A DNA stretch of 64,000 nucleotides from Minisyncoccota bacterium (GTDB lineage: Bacteria; Patescibacteriota; Minisyncoccia; Phycocordibacterales; UBA12079). A program made the position numbers and the translations under genes. The stretch is taken from assembly GCA_023135835.1 (NCBI GenBank), contig JAGLSI010000001.1:2400-66399 (forward strand). Direction: 5' to 3'. Under the pieces are notes generated by a model. It had not been told where the DNA came from, did not search any database, and worked only from the letters and a program-made list of their open reading frames with translations. Positions 46,655 to 55,050 of the stretch are shown in pieces (the first letter of the stretch is position 1; each line of letters starts with the position of its first letter).

Positions 46655-47059
46655 ATGACTGAAATTAAAGCAAAATTAAAAAATTATAGACAATCACCAA
46701 GAAAAGTTCGTTTGGTAGCCGATTTAATTAGAGGTAAAGAAGTAGAAAAAGTTATCTCAGAACTTAATTTTTTAAATAAAAAAGTTTCTTTAGTTATAAG
46801 GAAATTGATTGAATCTGCTATAGCTAATGCTAAGCACAATAATAAAATAAACAAGGATAATTTATTTATAAAGGAAATTACTGTTAACGAAGGTCCTGCT
46901 ATGAAAAGGTTTAGAGCAGGGGCAAAAGGAAGAGCTTTCCCTTATAAAAAGAGAACAAGCCATATTGATGTTACTTTGGAAGATAAAAAAGAAGAAAAGG
47001 TAGTAAAAGAAGTGGCTGAAAAAGCAGTTAAAAAAGAGAATTTAAAAGTTAAAAAATAA
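46655..47059 (+). CDS. rplV: 50S ribosomal protein L22
   Basis: SPRKVRLVADLIRG, SAIANA, KRTSHI. Confidence 0.98.
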   Translation: MTEIKAKLKNYRQSPRKVRLVADLIRGKEVEKVISELNFLNKKVSLVIRKLIESAIANAKHNNKINKDNLFIKEITVNEGPAMKRFRAGAKGRAFPYKKRTSHIDVTLEDKKEEKVVKEVAEKAVKKENLKVKK

Positions 47060-47072
47060 ATAAAATTATATC

Positions 47073-47735
47073 ATGACTCATGTAGTCCACCCATATGCAC
47101 AAAGAATAGGAATTTTAAGAGATTGGAAATCTCGTTGGTTTGGTACTCATGAAAAATATGCAGAGCAATTAAAGACAGATGTTTTGATAAGAGAATTTTT
47201 AGAAAAGAAATTACGAAGTTTTTATGTTTCTTCAGTAGAGATGGAGAGAGACGAAAAGATATTTAAAATAATCATTAAAACATCAAGAGCAGGAATGATT
47301 ATTGGAAGAAATGGAGACGGAGCTAAGAATTTAAAAAATGAAGTTTTAGCTTTTATGACAAAACACAAATTACCTAAAGCGAAAGAGTTAAAGATTGATA
47401 TTGAAGAAATTAGATATCCAGAAACTGATGCTGCAATAGTAGGTATGATGGTTGCTGAAGCTTTAGAAAAAAGAATGCCTTTTAGAAGAATACTAAAAAC
47501 AACAATTGAAAAAGTAGCAGCTAATAGAGAAGTTCAGGGTGTAAGAATTTCTTTATCAGGTCGTTTAGGGGGAGCTGAAATGGCTAGAAAAGAAGAATTA
47601 AAAAAGGGGAGGATTCCTCTACAAACTTTAAGAGCTGACATTGATTTTGCAAGAGAAAAGGCCTTTATGTCTTATGGAATTGTTGGGATAAAAGTTTGGA
47701 TTTACAAAGGTGACGTATTTAATAAGAAAAAATAA
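47073..47735 (+). CDS. rpsC: 30S ribosomal protein S3
   Basis: WKSRWF, GRLGGAEMAR, PLQTLRADID. Confidence 0.98.
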   Translation: MTHVVHPYAQRIGILRDWKSRWFGTHEKYAEQLKTDVLIREFLEKKLRSFYVSSVEMERDEKIFKIIIKTSRAGMIIGRNGDGAKNLKNEVLAFMTKHKLPKAKELKIDIEEIRYPETDAAIVGMMVAEALEKRMPFRRILKTTIEKVAANREVQGVRISLSGRLGGAEMARKEELKKGRIPLQTLRADIDFAREKAFMSYGIVGIKVWIYKGDVFNKKK

Positions 47736-47763
47736 TTACTAATTTTATATTTTAAATTTAATC

Positions 47764-48195
47764 ATGTTATTTCCTAAGAAAGCAAAACATCGAAAATGGC
47801 AAACAGCTAGAAAAAACCCTAATAAAGTTGGGGTAGCTTCACGTGGAAATACTATTGCTTTTGGGTCTCATGGATTAAAAGCTATGGAAGGAACAAGAGT
47901 TAGATCTAATCAAATTGAGGCAGCTCGTCGTGCTGCTAAAAGATATATTGGAAAGACAGGTAGGGTTTGGATAAGAATTTTTCCTGATAGACCTTTTACT
48001 TCAAAACCATCAGAAGTTAAGATGGGTAAGGGGAAAGGAGCCCCAGAAGGTTATTGTATCCCAGTTAAGCCAGGAACAATTTTGTTTGAAGTTGATGGTG
48101 TATCAGATGAAAAAGCAATTGAAGCTTTAAGAAAAGCAGGAACAAAAATGCCTTTAAAAACAAAAATACTTGATAGAGCAAAAATTAGTATTTAG
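47764..48195 (+). CDS. rplP: 50S ribosomal protein L16
   Basis: QIEAARRA, WIRIFPD, MGKGKG. Confidence 0.98.
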   Translation: MLFPKKAKHRKWQTARKNPNKVGVASRGNTIAFGSHGLKAMEGTRVRSNQIEAARRAAKRYIGKTGRVWIRIFPDRPFTSKPSEVKMGKGKGAPEGYCIPVKPGTILFEVDGVSDEKAIEALRKAGTKMPLKTKILDRAKISI

Positions 48196-48253
48196 TATTG
48201 ATTTAAGAGCTTGTTTAATGTAATATGTCCTTTACGAAACTTGAAATAATACA

Positions 48254-48451
48254 ATGGAAAAAACAGATTTAAAAAAGAAAATAGATAAAGATTTAAATAA
48301 AATTTTATCAGAAAAAAGAACTGAATTGCGAGAATTTAGATTTTCTTTATCTGGGTCTAAAATAAAAAATATTAAAAAAGGAAGATCTTTAAGAAAAGAG
48401 ATTGCTAGAATTTTGACTGAATTAACTTTAAGAAAAGGAAATTCTAAATAA
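48254..48451 (+). CDS. rpmC: 50S ribosomal protein L29
   Basis: LREFRF, LRKEIARILT; synteny. Confidence 0.93.
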   Translation: MEKTDLKKKIDKDLNKILSEKRTELREFRFSLSGSKIKNIKKGRSLRKEIARILTELTLRKGNSK

Positions 48452-48459
48452 ACATATTT

Positions 48460-48720
48460 ATGGAAAACGATAAATTAGAAAAAAAAATAACAAGTGGAAA
48501 AATATTAAAAGGAGAGGTTGTTTCTAATAAAATGGAAAAAACTCTAGTAATTTTAGTTAAGAGATTTGTAAAGCATCCTAAATATGATAAATATAGAACT
48601 CTTACAAAAAGATATAAAGCGCATTATGATGAAGGTGAATATAATGTAGGGGATAATGTAGTAATCCAAGAATGTAATCCAATCTCAAAAGATAAGAGAT
48701 TTAAGATAGTTAAAAGTTAG
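48460..48720 (+). CDS. rpsQ: 30S ribosomal protein S17
   Basis: GEVVSNKMEKT, HPKY, PISKDKRF. Confidence 0.97.
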   Translation: MENDKLEKKITSGKILKGEVVSNKMEKTLVILVKRFVKHPKYDKYRTLTKRYKAHYDEGEYNVGDNVVIQECNPISKDKRFKIVKS

Positions 48721-48724
48721 AATT

Positions 48725-49096
48725 ATGATACAACCACAATCAATAGTAAAAATAACAGATAACTCAGGCGGAAAAATTGGAAGAGTTTTTAAAGTACTTG
48801 GGGGTTCTAAAAAAAGATATGCTCGAATAGGAGATACTGTTGTTTTGTCAGTACAGGTCGCAGAGCCTAGAAAAGCTGTGAAGAAAAAAGACGTATTAAG
48901 AGCTGTTGTGGTTAGAGCTAAACAAAAAATAAAGAGAAAAGATGGTTCTTATATTGCTTTTGATGACAATGCTGTTGTAATTATTGATAAAGAGAAGAAA
49001 GAACCGATAGCAGGAAGAATTTTTGGACCTATTCCTAGAGAAATAGCTGATTTAGGTTATCAAAAGATTATTTCTTTAGCTCCTGAAGTAATTTAA
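48725..49096 (+). CDS. rplN: 50S ribosomal protein L14
   Basis: DNSGG, FDDNAVVII, RIFGP, SLAPEV. Confidence 0.98.
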   Translation: MIQPQSIVKITDNSGGKIGRVFKVLGGSKKRYARIGDTVVLSVQVAEPRKAVKKKDVLRAVVVRAKQKIKRKDGSYIAFDDNAVVIIDKEKKEPIAGRIFGPIPREIADLGYQKIISLAPEVI

Positions 49097-49111
49097 AAAA
49101 GAAGATTTACT

Positions 49112-49420
49112 ATGAAAATTAAAAAAAATGACAATGTAATAATAATTGCTGGGAAAGATAAGGGTAAAACAGGTAATGTTTTACGAGCTTATCCTTCTTT
49201 AAACAAGGTTTTGGTTGAAGGTATAAATAAGAAGAAAAAGAATCAAAGAGCAACTAAGTCTGGGCAAAAAGGGCAAATTATTGAAAAAGAATTTCCAGTT
49301 GATGTTTCCAATGTAGCTTTCATAGACCCTAAAACAAAAAAAGCGACAAGAATTGGTAAGAAAGAAATAAAAGGGAAGATGGAAAGAGTAACAAAGAAAA
49401 GTGGGTCGGTTATAAGCTAG
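49112..49420 (+). CDS. rplX: 50S ribosomal protein L24
   Basis: IAGKDKGKTG, VLVEGIN, VSNV. Confidence 0.97.
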   Translation: MKIKKNDNVIIIAGKDKGKTGNVLRAYPSLNKVLVEGINKKKKNQRATKSGQKGQIIEKEFPVDVSNVAFIDPKTKKATRIGKKEIKGKMERVTKKSGSVIS

Positions 49421-49518
49421 TCAAAAGTTAAAAGTTCATAAAGTCTATAAAGTAAAGATTTACGAAGTAAATTTTAAAAAAAAGACTTTCGGCTTTCGAC
49501 TTTATAGACTTTAGACTA
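49418..49518. repeat. AAAGT/ACTTT hairpin element between rplX and rplE
   Basis: AAAGTCTATAAAGT pairs with ACTTTATAGACTTT; inner ATTTAC-GAA-GTAAAT. Confidence 0.78.
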
Positions 49519-49525
49519 AATTAAT

Positions 49526-50080
49526 ATGAATAGTATAAAAGAAAAACAAAATACAGCTTTTGATACATTAAAATCAGAGTTTGAATATAAAAATAAGATG
49601 CAATCTCCTAAATTAGAAAAGGTTGTTTTGAATGTGGGAGTAGGTTCAATAAGGTCTGATAAGAAAAAAACTGAATTAGTTGAGGATAGATTAACTAAAA
49701 TTGCAGGACAAAAACCAGCTTATAAAAATGCTAAAAAATCAATCGCTGCCTTTAAATTAAGAGAAGGTGAAAAGGTTGGATACCAGGTTATTTTAAGAGG
49801 AAAAAGAATGTTTGGTTTTTTGGATAAATTAGTAAGTGTTGCTTTGCCTAGAACAAAAGATTTTCGTGGTTTAAACTTGAAGTCAATTGATGAGATGGGA
49901 AATGCGACATTAGGGATTAAAGAACATGTTATATTCCCTGAAACTTCAGACGAAGAAATGAGAGATATCTTTGGAATGTCTATTACTATAGTAACTACTG
50001 CTAAAAATAAAAAAGAAGCAGAGGCTTTTTTGAGACATATAGGATTTCCTTTTAAAAAAGCAGAAGAAAAGAAAAAATAA
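49526..50080 (+). CDS. rplE: 50S ribosomal protein L5
   Basis: PKLEKVVLNVGVG, AGQKP, FKLREG, LPRTKDFRG. Confidence 0.98.
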   Translation: MNSIKEKQNTAFDTLKSEFEYKNKMQSPKLEKVVLNVGVGSIRSDKKKTELVEDRLTKIAGQKPAYKNAKKSIAAFKLREGEKVGYQVILRGKRMFGFLDKLVSVALPRTKDFRGLNLKSIDEMGNATLGIKEHVIFPETSDEEMRDIFGMSITIVTTAKNKKEAEAFLRHIGFPFKKAEEKKK

Positions 50081-50084
50081 GTTT

Positions 50085-50134
50085 TAAACAATAAAAAGGC
50101 GTTGGGCTTTAGTCCAACGCCTTTTTATTGTTTA
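50085..50134 (+). terminator. Terminator after rplE
   Basis: TAAACAATAAAAAGGCGTTGG...CCAACGCCTTTTTATTGTTTA. Confidence 0.75.
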
Positions 50135-50225
50135 AATTTCAATGGCTATGCCCATAGCCATTGAAATTAAGCTTAAAATATAGTTTTGTGAATAATTATT
50201 TTTGAGGTAAAATATAAGTAGTTAT

Positions 50226-51218
50226 ATGCAAAAAGAAAATATTAAAACTAAAATAATAGTTCAAAACTTGTTTTCTTTAGGGTCTGATAAGAAGAAAGAT
50301 AAAACAGGCTTTACTTTTATTGACTTATTTGCGGGGATAGGAGGGACTCGTATAGGGTTTGAAAAAGCTGGAGGTGAATGTGTTTTTACGTCTGAATGGG
50401 ATAAATATTGTCAAGAAACATACAAAGCTAATTTTGGAGAAGTTCCATATGGAGATATAACAAAAATTAAAGAATATGAAATACCTAATTTTGATGTTTT
50501 AGTAGCAGGATTTCCTTGCCAACCATTTAGTTCTATAGGTAAAAGAGAGGGTTTTATGCACACTACTCAAGGAACTTTATTTTACGATGTTTTAAGAATC
50601 ATAAATCATAAAAAGAACAAAGCATTTTTATTGGAAAATGTTCCAGGGTTACTAACTCATGATAATGGAAATACTTTTAAGATTATATTAGATTCTTTGA
50701 AAGAAGCAGGTTATAAGGTTTTTAGTAAAGTATTGGATGCTTCTAATTTCGGAGTTCCTCAAAAAAGAAAGAGAATTTATATAGTTGGTTTTAGAAAAGA
50801 TTTGTTTGAAGGTGAAGATTTTGTATTTCCTGAGGGAAATAATAAACAATCTTTTATAAACGAACACTTAGAAGATAATGCTTTAGGTTATTCTATTTCT
50901 AAACATTTACAAAAAAGTTATTTGTTTAAAAAAGATGATGGTAGACCAATAATAGTAGATAAAAATTCTAAAATTCAAACAAAAACATTAGTTTCTACTT
51001 ATCATAAAATTCAAAGGTTAACAGGAACTTTTGTTAAAGATGGAGAAACAGGAATTAGATTACTAACTGAAAATGAATGTAAAGCGATCATGGGTTTCCC
51101 AAAGGACTTTATTATTCCTGTGTCAAGAACTCAGATGTATAGACAAATGGGTAATTCAGTTGTTGTTCCAGTTATCGAAGCTGTAGCAAGAGAAATAGAA
51201 AACAAATTAAAATTATAA
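50226..51218 (+). CDS. DNA (cytosine-5)-methyltransferase
   Basis: DLFAGIGG, GFPCQPFS, LENV, PQKRKRIYIVG, QMGNSV. Confidence 0.96.
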   Translation: MQKENIKTKIIVQNLFSLGSDKKKDKTGFTFIDLFAGIGGTRIGFEKAGGECVFTSEWDKYCQETYKANFGEVPYGDITKIKEYEIPNFDVLVAGFPCQPFSSIGKREGFMHTTQGTLFYDVLRIINHKKNKAFLLENVPGLLTHDNGNTFKIILDSLKEAGYKVFSKVLDASNFGVPQKRKRIYIVGFRKDLFEGEDFVFPEGNNKQSFINEHLEDNALGYSISKHLQKSYLFKKDDGRPIIVDKNSKIQTKTLVSTYHKIQRLTGTFVKDGETGIRLLTENECKAIMGFPKDFIIPVSRTQMYRQMGNSVVVPVIEAVAREIENKLKL

Positions 51219-51231
51219 AATAGTTATTTTT

Positions 51232-51828
51232 ATGAAAAAACATAAAATCAAAAAAATAAGTCAAAATAGTTTATTGGTTGAATATTTTCAGAATAATCCC
51301 AAGCGAGCTATTTCCCATCCTGAGGTGGTGGATTGGGTTATAAAAGAATTTAAGAAAAGAACAGGTAAAATTTTCAGAGATCCTGATAGAGGAATAAGAA
51401 AATTATATCAAAAAGGTTATTTAGTAAAAATTAAAAAAGGTGTTTATAAATATGATCCGTCGTTAATAAAGAAAAAAGAATTACAAGATTTTACATCAGC
51501 TATCAAGAAAAAGATTTTTGAACGAGATAGTTTTAAATGTGTTATGTGTGGTAAAGGAGAAAAAGATGGAGTTGAGATACATGCTGATCATATAAAACCA
51601 AAGGACTTAGGGGGAAAAGCTACTTTAGAAAATGGACAAACTCTCTGCAGCGCTCATAACTTTTTGAAGAAAAATTTAAAACAAACTGAAACTGGTAAGA
51701 AAATGTTTATACGTTTGTATGAATTATCTAAAAAAACTAAAGATAAAAAGCTTATTAAATTTTGCACAGAAATATTAGAGGTTTTTGAAACAAATAATAT
51801 TAACGGACACATTGAATGGAATAAATAA
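51232..51828 (+). CDS. HNH endonuclease, probable cognate restriction enzyme
   Basis: RDSFKCVMCG, HADHIKP, NGQTLCSAHN; directly after the MTase. Confidence 0.85.
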   Translation: MKKHKIKKISQNSLLVEYFQNNPKRAISHPEVVDWVIKEFKKRTGKIFRDPDRGIRKLYQKGYLVKIKKGVYKYDPSLIKKKELQDFTSAIKKKIFERDSFKCVMCGKGEKDGVEIHADHIKPKDLGGKATLENGQTLCSAHNFLKKNLKQTETGKKMFIRLYELSKKTKDKKLIKFCTEILEVFETNNINGHIEWNK

Positions 51829-51832
51829 TAAA

Positions 51833-52111
51833 ATGACAATAATTTATATAATAATAGGAATAGCGATAGGGTATTTCGTGACAGTGGCTTTTGTTGGTGC
51901 TGGAAATAAAAAGGTTGAGAAAGAGCTTGACCAAGATGAAAAGATTTTGAATTTAATTGCTGAAAAGGAGAGGGTTACGAATGGGGATATACAAAAATTA
52001 CTTAGTATTGCAGATAGTACAGCCACTAAATATCTTCAAGAGCTTGAAGATAAAGGAGAAATTAAACAACAAGGCAAAGCAGGACGCTTTGTCTATTATG
52101 AAAAAATTTAA
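51833..52111 (+). CDS. Membrane-anchored winged-helix protein (paralog of 39958..40254)
   Basis: ATG 51833; TM; VTNGDIQKLLSIADSTATKYLQELEDKGEI. Confidence 0.82.
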   Translation: MTIIYIIIGIAIGYFVTVAFVGAGNKKVEKELDQDEKILNLIAEKERVTNGDIQKLLSIADSTATKYLQELEDKGEIKQQGKAGRFVYYEKI

Positions 52112-52239
52112 TAAATTCAGAAAACCGTTGATTTTCAATCTATTTCAATGGCTATGCCCATAGCCATTGAATTTTATAATTGTTTGCGTTTGAAAAAGCT
52201 AAGAAGCTAAAAACCTAATATCCTAATAAGCTAAAAATG

Positions 52240-52268
52240 TTGACATCAAAGGGTGTTTTTGATAGGAT
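52240..52268 (+). promoter_or_regulatory. Promoter restarting the spc genes at rpsN
   Basis: TTGACA-17 bp-TAGGAT. Confidence 0.55.
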
Positions 52269-52312
52269 AAGCAAGTATTCATTAATTATAATGACTATCT
52301 TTTAAAAAGATT

Positions 52313-52498
52313 ATGGCAAAAAAATCAGTAATAGCTAGAGCAAATAAAACTCCAAAATTTTCTACAAAAGCAGTAAATAGATGTTTTAAGTGTGGGAGAA
52401 AAAGAGGTTATATGAGACAATTTGATTTATGTCGTATTTGTTTTAGAGAATTAGCAAATGAAGGTAAGATTCCTGGAATCAGAAAATCATCTTGGTAG
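52313..52498 (+). CDS. rpsN: 30S ribosomal protein S14 (Zn-binding type Z)
   Basis: [25 protein letters not shown]. Confidence 0.97.
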   Translation: MAKKSVIARANKTPKFSTKAVNRCFKCGRKRGYMRQFDLCRICFRELANEGKIPGIRKSSW

Positions 52499-52505
52499 AG
52501 TAAAC

Positions 52506-52605
52506 GAGTCAAAAGTCAAAAGCCCATAAAGTCTATAAAGTGAAAAATCGCAAAGCGATTTTTCCAAAAAAACTTTTGACTTTCGACTTTACAGACTTTA
52601 GACTA
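52506..52605. repeat. AAAGT/ACTTT hairpin element between rpsN and rpsH
   Basis: Inner AAAAATCGC-AAA-GCGATTTTT hairpin between repeat arms. Confidence 0.78.
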
Positions 52606-52611
52606 AATATT

Positions 52612-53007
52612 ATGAATAGAGATATAATTTCAGAATTAATAATAGGTATTAAAAATGCCGGAAAAGCACAAAAAGAAACTGTACAGTTTCCTTATTCTAA
52701 TTTCAAAGCTAAGGTTGCTGAGGTATTAAAGAAGGAAGGTTTTATTGAATTTTCATCTAAAATTGGAAAAGCCCCTAAAAGAGTTTTAGAGGTTGGTATT
52801 TCTTATAAATCTAAAAATATTCCAAAAATAAAAGATGTTGAGAGAGTTTCTAAGCTTTCAAAAAGAATTTATTTAGGGAGTGATGATATCAAGAAAGTTA
52901 AAAATGGTTTTGGTAAGTTATTAATCTCAACTTCAAAAGGGGTAATGACTGGAGAGGAGGCTAAAAAAGAAGGACTGGGAGGAGAGCCTTTGTTTAAAAT
53001 TTGGTAA
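52612..53007 (+). CDS. rpsH: 30S ribosomal protein S8
   Basis: VLKKEGFI, RVSK, ISTSKGVMT, LGGE; real start 52612. Confidence 0.96.
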   Translation: MNRDIISELIIGIKNAGKAQKETVQFPYSNFKAKVAEVLKKEGFIEFSSKIGKAPKRVLEVGISYKSKNIPKIKDVERVSKLSKRIYLGSDDIKKVKNGFGKLLISTSKGVMTGEEAKKEGLGGEPLFKIW

Positions 53008-53015
53008 ATAAAATT

Positions 53016-53549
53016 ATGTCAAGATTAGGAAAACAAAAATATGAAATTCCAGCAAACACCGAAATTACATTGGTAGATAATTTTGTGGTAGTGAAAGGGC
53101 CTTTAGGGGAGTTAAAGAGAGAATTGCGACCTGAAATAGAAGTTAAGATTGAGGATAATAAGGTTTCAGTAAACCCAACTAATAATTCTCCGTTTGCAAA
53201 GGCTTTGTGGGGAACATTTGCTTCTCATATTACAAATATGATTCAAGGAGTAAGCACTCCTTATGAAAAAAAATTAATTCTTGAAGGAGTTGGTTTTAAA
53301 TCAGAAGTTAAAGGAGATAAATTAGTTTTAGCCTTAGGATTTTCTCATTTAGTTGAAATAGAAATACCTGAAGGGTTAAAAGTTGTGGCTGAAAAGAATA
53401 ATATTACAATATCAGGAATAGACAAAGAATTAGTTGGTCAATTTGCTTCTAAAACACGAAAGAAAAAGAAAGCAGAACCATATAAAGGGAAAGGTTTTAG
53501 ATATTACGATGAGGTGGTTAGAAGAAAACAAGGTAAAAAGAACGTGTAA
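53016..53549 (+). CDS. rplF: 50S ribosomal protein L6
   Basis: MSRLGK, VKGPLGEL, LGFSH, EPYKGKG. Confidence 0.98.
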   Translation: MSRLGKQKYEIPANTEITLVDNFVVVKGPLGELKRELRPEIEVKIEDNKVSVNPTNNSPFAKALWGTFASHITNMIQGVSTPYEKKLILEGVGFKSEVKGDKLVLALGFSHLVEIEIPEGLKVVAEKNNITISGIDKELVGQFASKTRKKKKAEPYKGKGFRYYDEVVRRKQGKKNV

Positions 53550-53572
53550 ATAAATAAAAGTAAAAAGAAATT

Positions 53573-53923
53573 ATGGACAAAAATAAAATTAAAACAGAAT
53601 CAAGGAAAAGAAGACATAAAAGAGTTAGGTCAAAGGTTATTGGTACTTCTTCAAGACCTAGATTATGTGTGTTTAAGTCAAATAAATATATTTACGCTCA
53701 AATTATTGATGATAATAAGAATAAAACTTTAGCTGCTTCTTCAAGTTTGAAAATGAAAGCTAATTCTTTATTAGAGAATGCGGCAAAAGTAGGTAAAGAA
53801 ATAGCTGTTAAAGCTACAGATTTAAAAATTAAAGAAGTTGTTTTTGATAAAGGAGGTTATATTTACACAGGAAAAATTAAGGCTTTAGCTGATGCTGCTA
53901 GAGAAGGAGGTTTAAAATTTTAA
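53573..53923 (+). CDS. rplR: 50S ribosomal protein L18
   Basis: [31 protein letters not shown]. Confidence 0.98.
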   Translation: MDKNKIKTESRKRRHKRVRSKVIGTSSRPRLCVFKSNKYIYAQIIDDNKNKTLAASSSLKMKANSLLENAAKVGKEIAVKATDLKIKEVVFDKGGYIYTGKIKALADAAREGGLKF

Positions 53924-53932
53924 ATAAATAAA

Positions 53933-54568
53933 ATGGTAGAAGAAAAAGAAATCAAAAAAGAAGATAAAAAAGAAGAAGCAATTAATGTTGTGGCTGATTC
54001 TAATAAAGAGGTTGAGAATAAAAAAGATGTGAAGGATTCTTCTGTAGAAGAAAAAAAATCTTTTCCAAGCAGAGCTCCTTTCAAAAAGAACTTTAATTCT
54101 AGAAAAAGAAAGAAGTTTACAAAACCTCGTTCAGAATTTGATCAAAAAATAATTAAAATTAGAAGAGTTACTCGTGTTATGTCAGGAGGACGAAGATTTA
54201 GTTTTTCTGTAGCTATTGTATTAGGAAATAAAAATGGAAAGGTAGGAGTAGGTGTTGCAAAAGCTAATGATACTGCTTTAGCTATTGAAAAAGCAGCAAA
54301 GAAAGCTAAAAAGAATATGATTGAATTAAAATTAACTAAAAATAATTCAATTCCTTATGATGTTTCTAAAAAATATTGTGCATCAGTAATTCAAATTTTA
54401 CCCACAAAAGAGGGTAGTGGTTTAAGTGTAGGTTCTTCTTTGAAAACTGTTTTAGAATTAGCTGGAATTACAGATGTAACTGCTAAAATAATTAGTAGAG
54501 GAAAGAATCAATTAAATATTGCAAAAGCTACAATTGAAGCTTTGAGAGATTTTGAGGTGCAAAAATAA
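53933..54568 (+). CDS. rpsE: 30S ribosomal protein S5 with charged N-terminal extension
   Basis: RRVTRVMSGGRRFSF, VLELAGI. Confidence 0.97.
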   Translation: MVEEKEIKKEDKKEEAINVVADSNKEVENKKDVKDSSVEEKKSFPSRAPFKKNFNSRKRKKFTKPRSEFDQKIIKIRRVTRVMSGGRRFSFSVAIVLGNKNGKVGVGVAKANDTALAIEKAAKKAKKNMIELKLTKNNSIPYDVSKKYCASVIQILPTKEGSGLSVGSSLKTVLELAGITDVTAKIISRGKNQLNIAKATIEALRDFEVQK

Positions 54569-54586
54569 AAATATAAGTAAAATATT

Positions 54587-55021
54587 ATGCAATTACATCA
54601 ATTAAAAAGAAAAAATCCAAATAAAACCAGTATTAAAATAGGTAGAGGGGGAAAGCGTGGAAAAACTTCTGGAAGGGGTCATAAAGGTCAAAATGCCAGA
54701 GCAGGAACAAGTAAAAGACCTGAAATGAGAGAAGTTATAAAAAGATTACCTAAAAAGAGAGGTTACAACTTCAAGTCTTTCCAAAAGAGACCCGTGTTAG
54801 TTAATCTTGCTATTCTTGAAAAAAGTTTTTCAGCAGGTGATGAAGTTACTCCTAAAATTTTATTTGAAAAATCAGTTATTAAGAGGAAAGAAAATAAAAT
54901 TCCTGATGTAAAAATCTTAGGAAATGGAGATTTAAATAAAAAATTAGTTATTTCTGGTTGCGTTTTTTCTCAGAGTGCAAAAGATAAGATAGAAAAAAAT
55001 GGGGGTAGTATAAAAGCTTAA
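54587..55021 (+). CDS. rplO: 50S ribosomal protein L15
   Basis: GKTSGRGHKGQNAR, KILGNG. Confidence 0.97.
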   Translation: MQLHQLKRKNPNKTSIKIGRGGKRGKTSGRGHKGQNARAGTSKRPEMREVIKRLPKKRGYNFKSFQKRPVLVNLAILEKSFSAGDEVTPKILFEKSVIKRKENKIPDVKILGNGDLNKKLVISGCVFSQSAKDKIEKNGGSIKA

Positions 55022-55050
55022 TTAGTCTAAAATAAATACTTAAAAAACAT

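Larger units (their letters stand above)
50136..52171 (+). mobile_element. Palindrome-bounded R-M cassette inserted between rplE and rpsN
   Basis: Identical 30-bp ATTTCAATGGCTATGCCCATAGCCATTGAA at 50136-50165 and 52142-52171; interrupts the conserved spc order; encodes no recombinase. Confidence 0.7.

Noticed and set aside
50226-51828. Naming a specific R-M enzyme or recognition site
   Set aside because: Cannot be assigned reliably without REBASE comparison or methylome data
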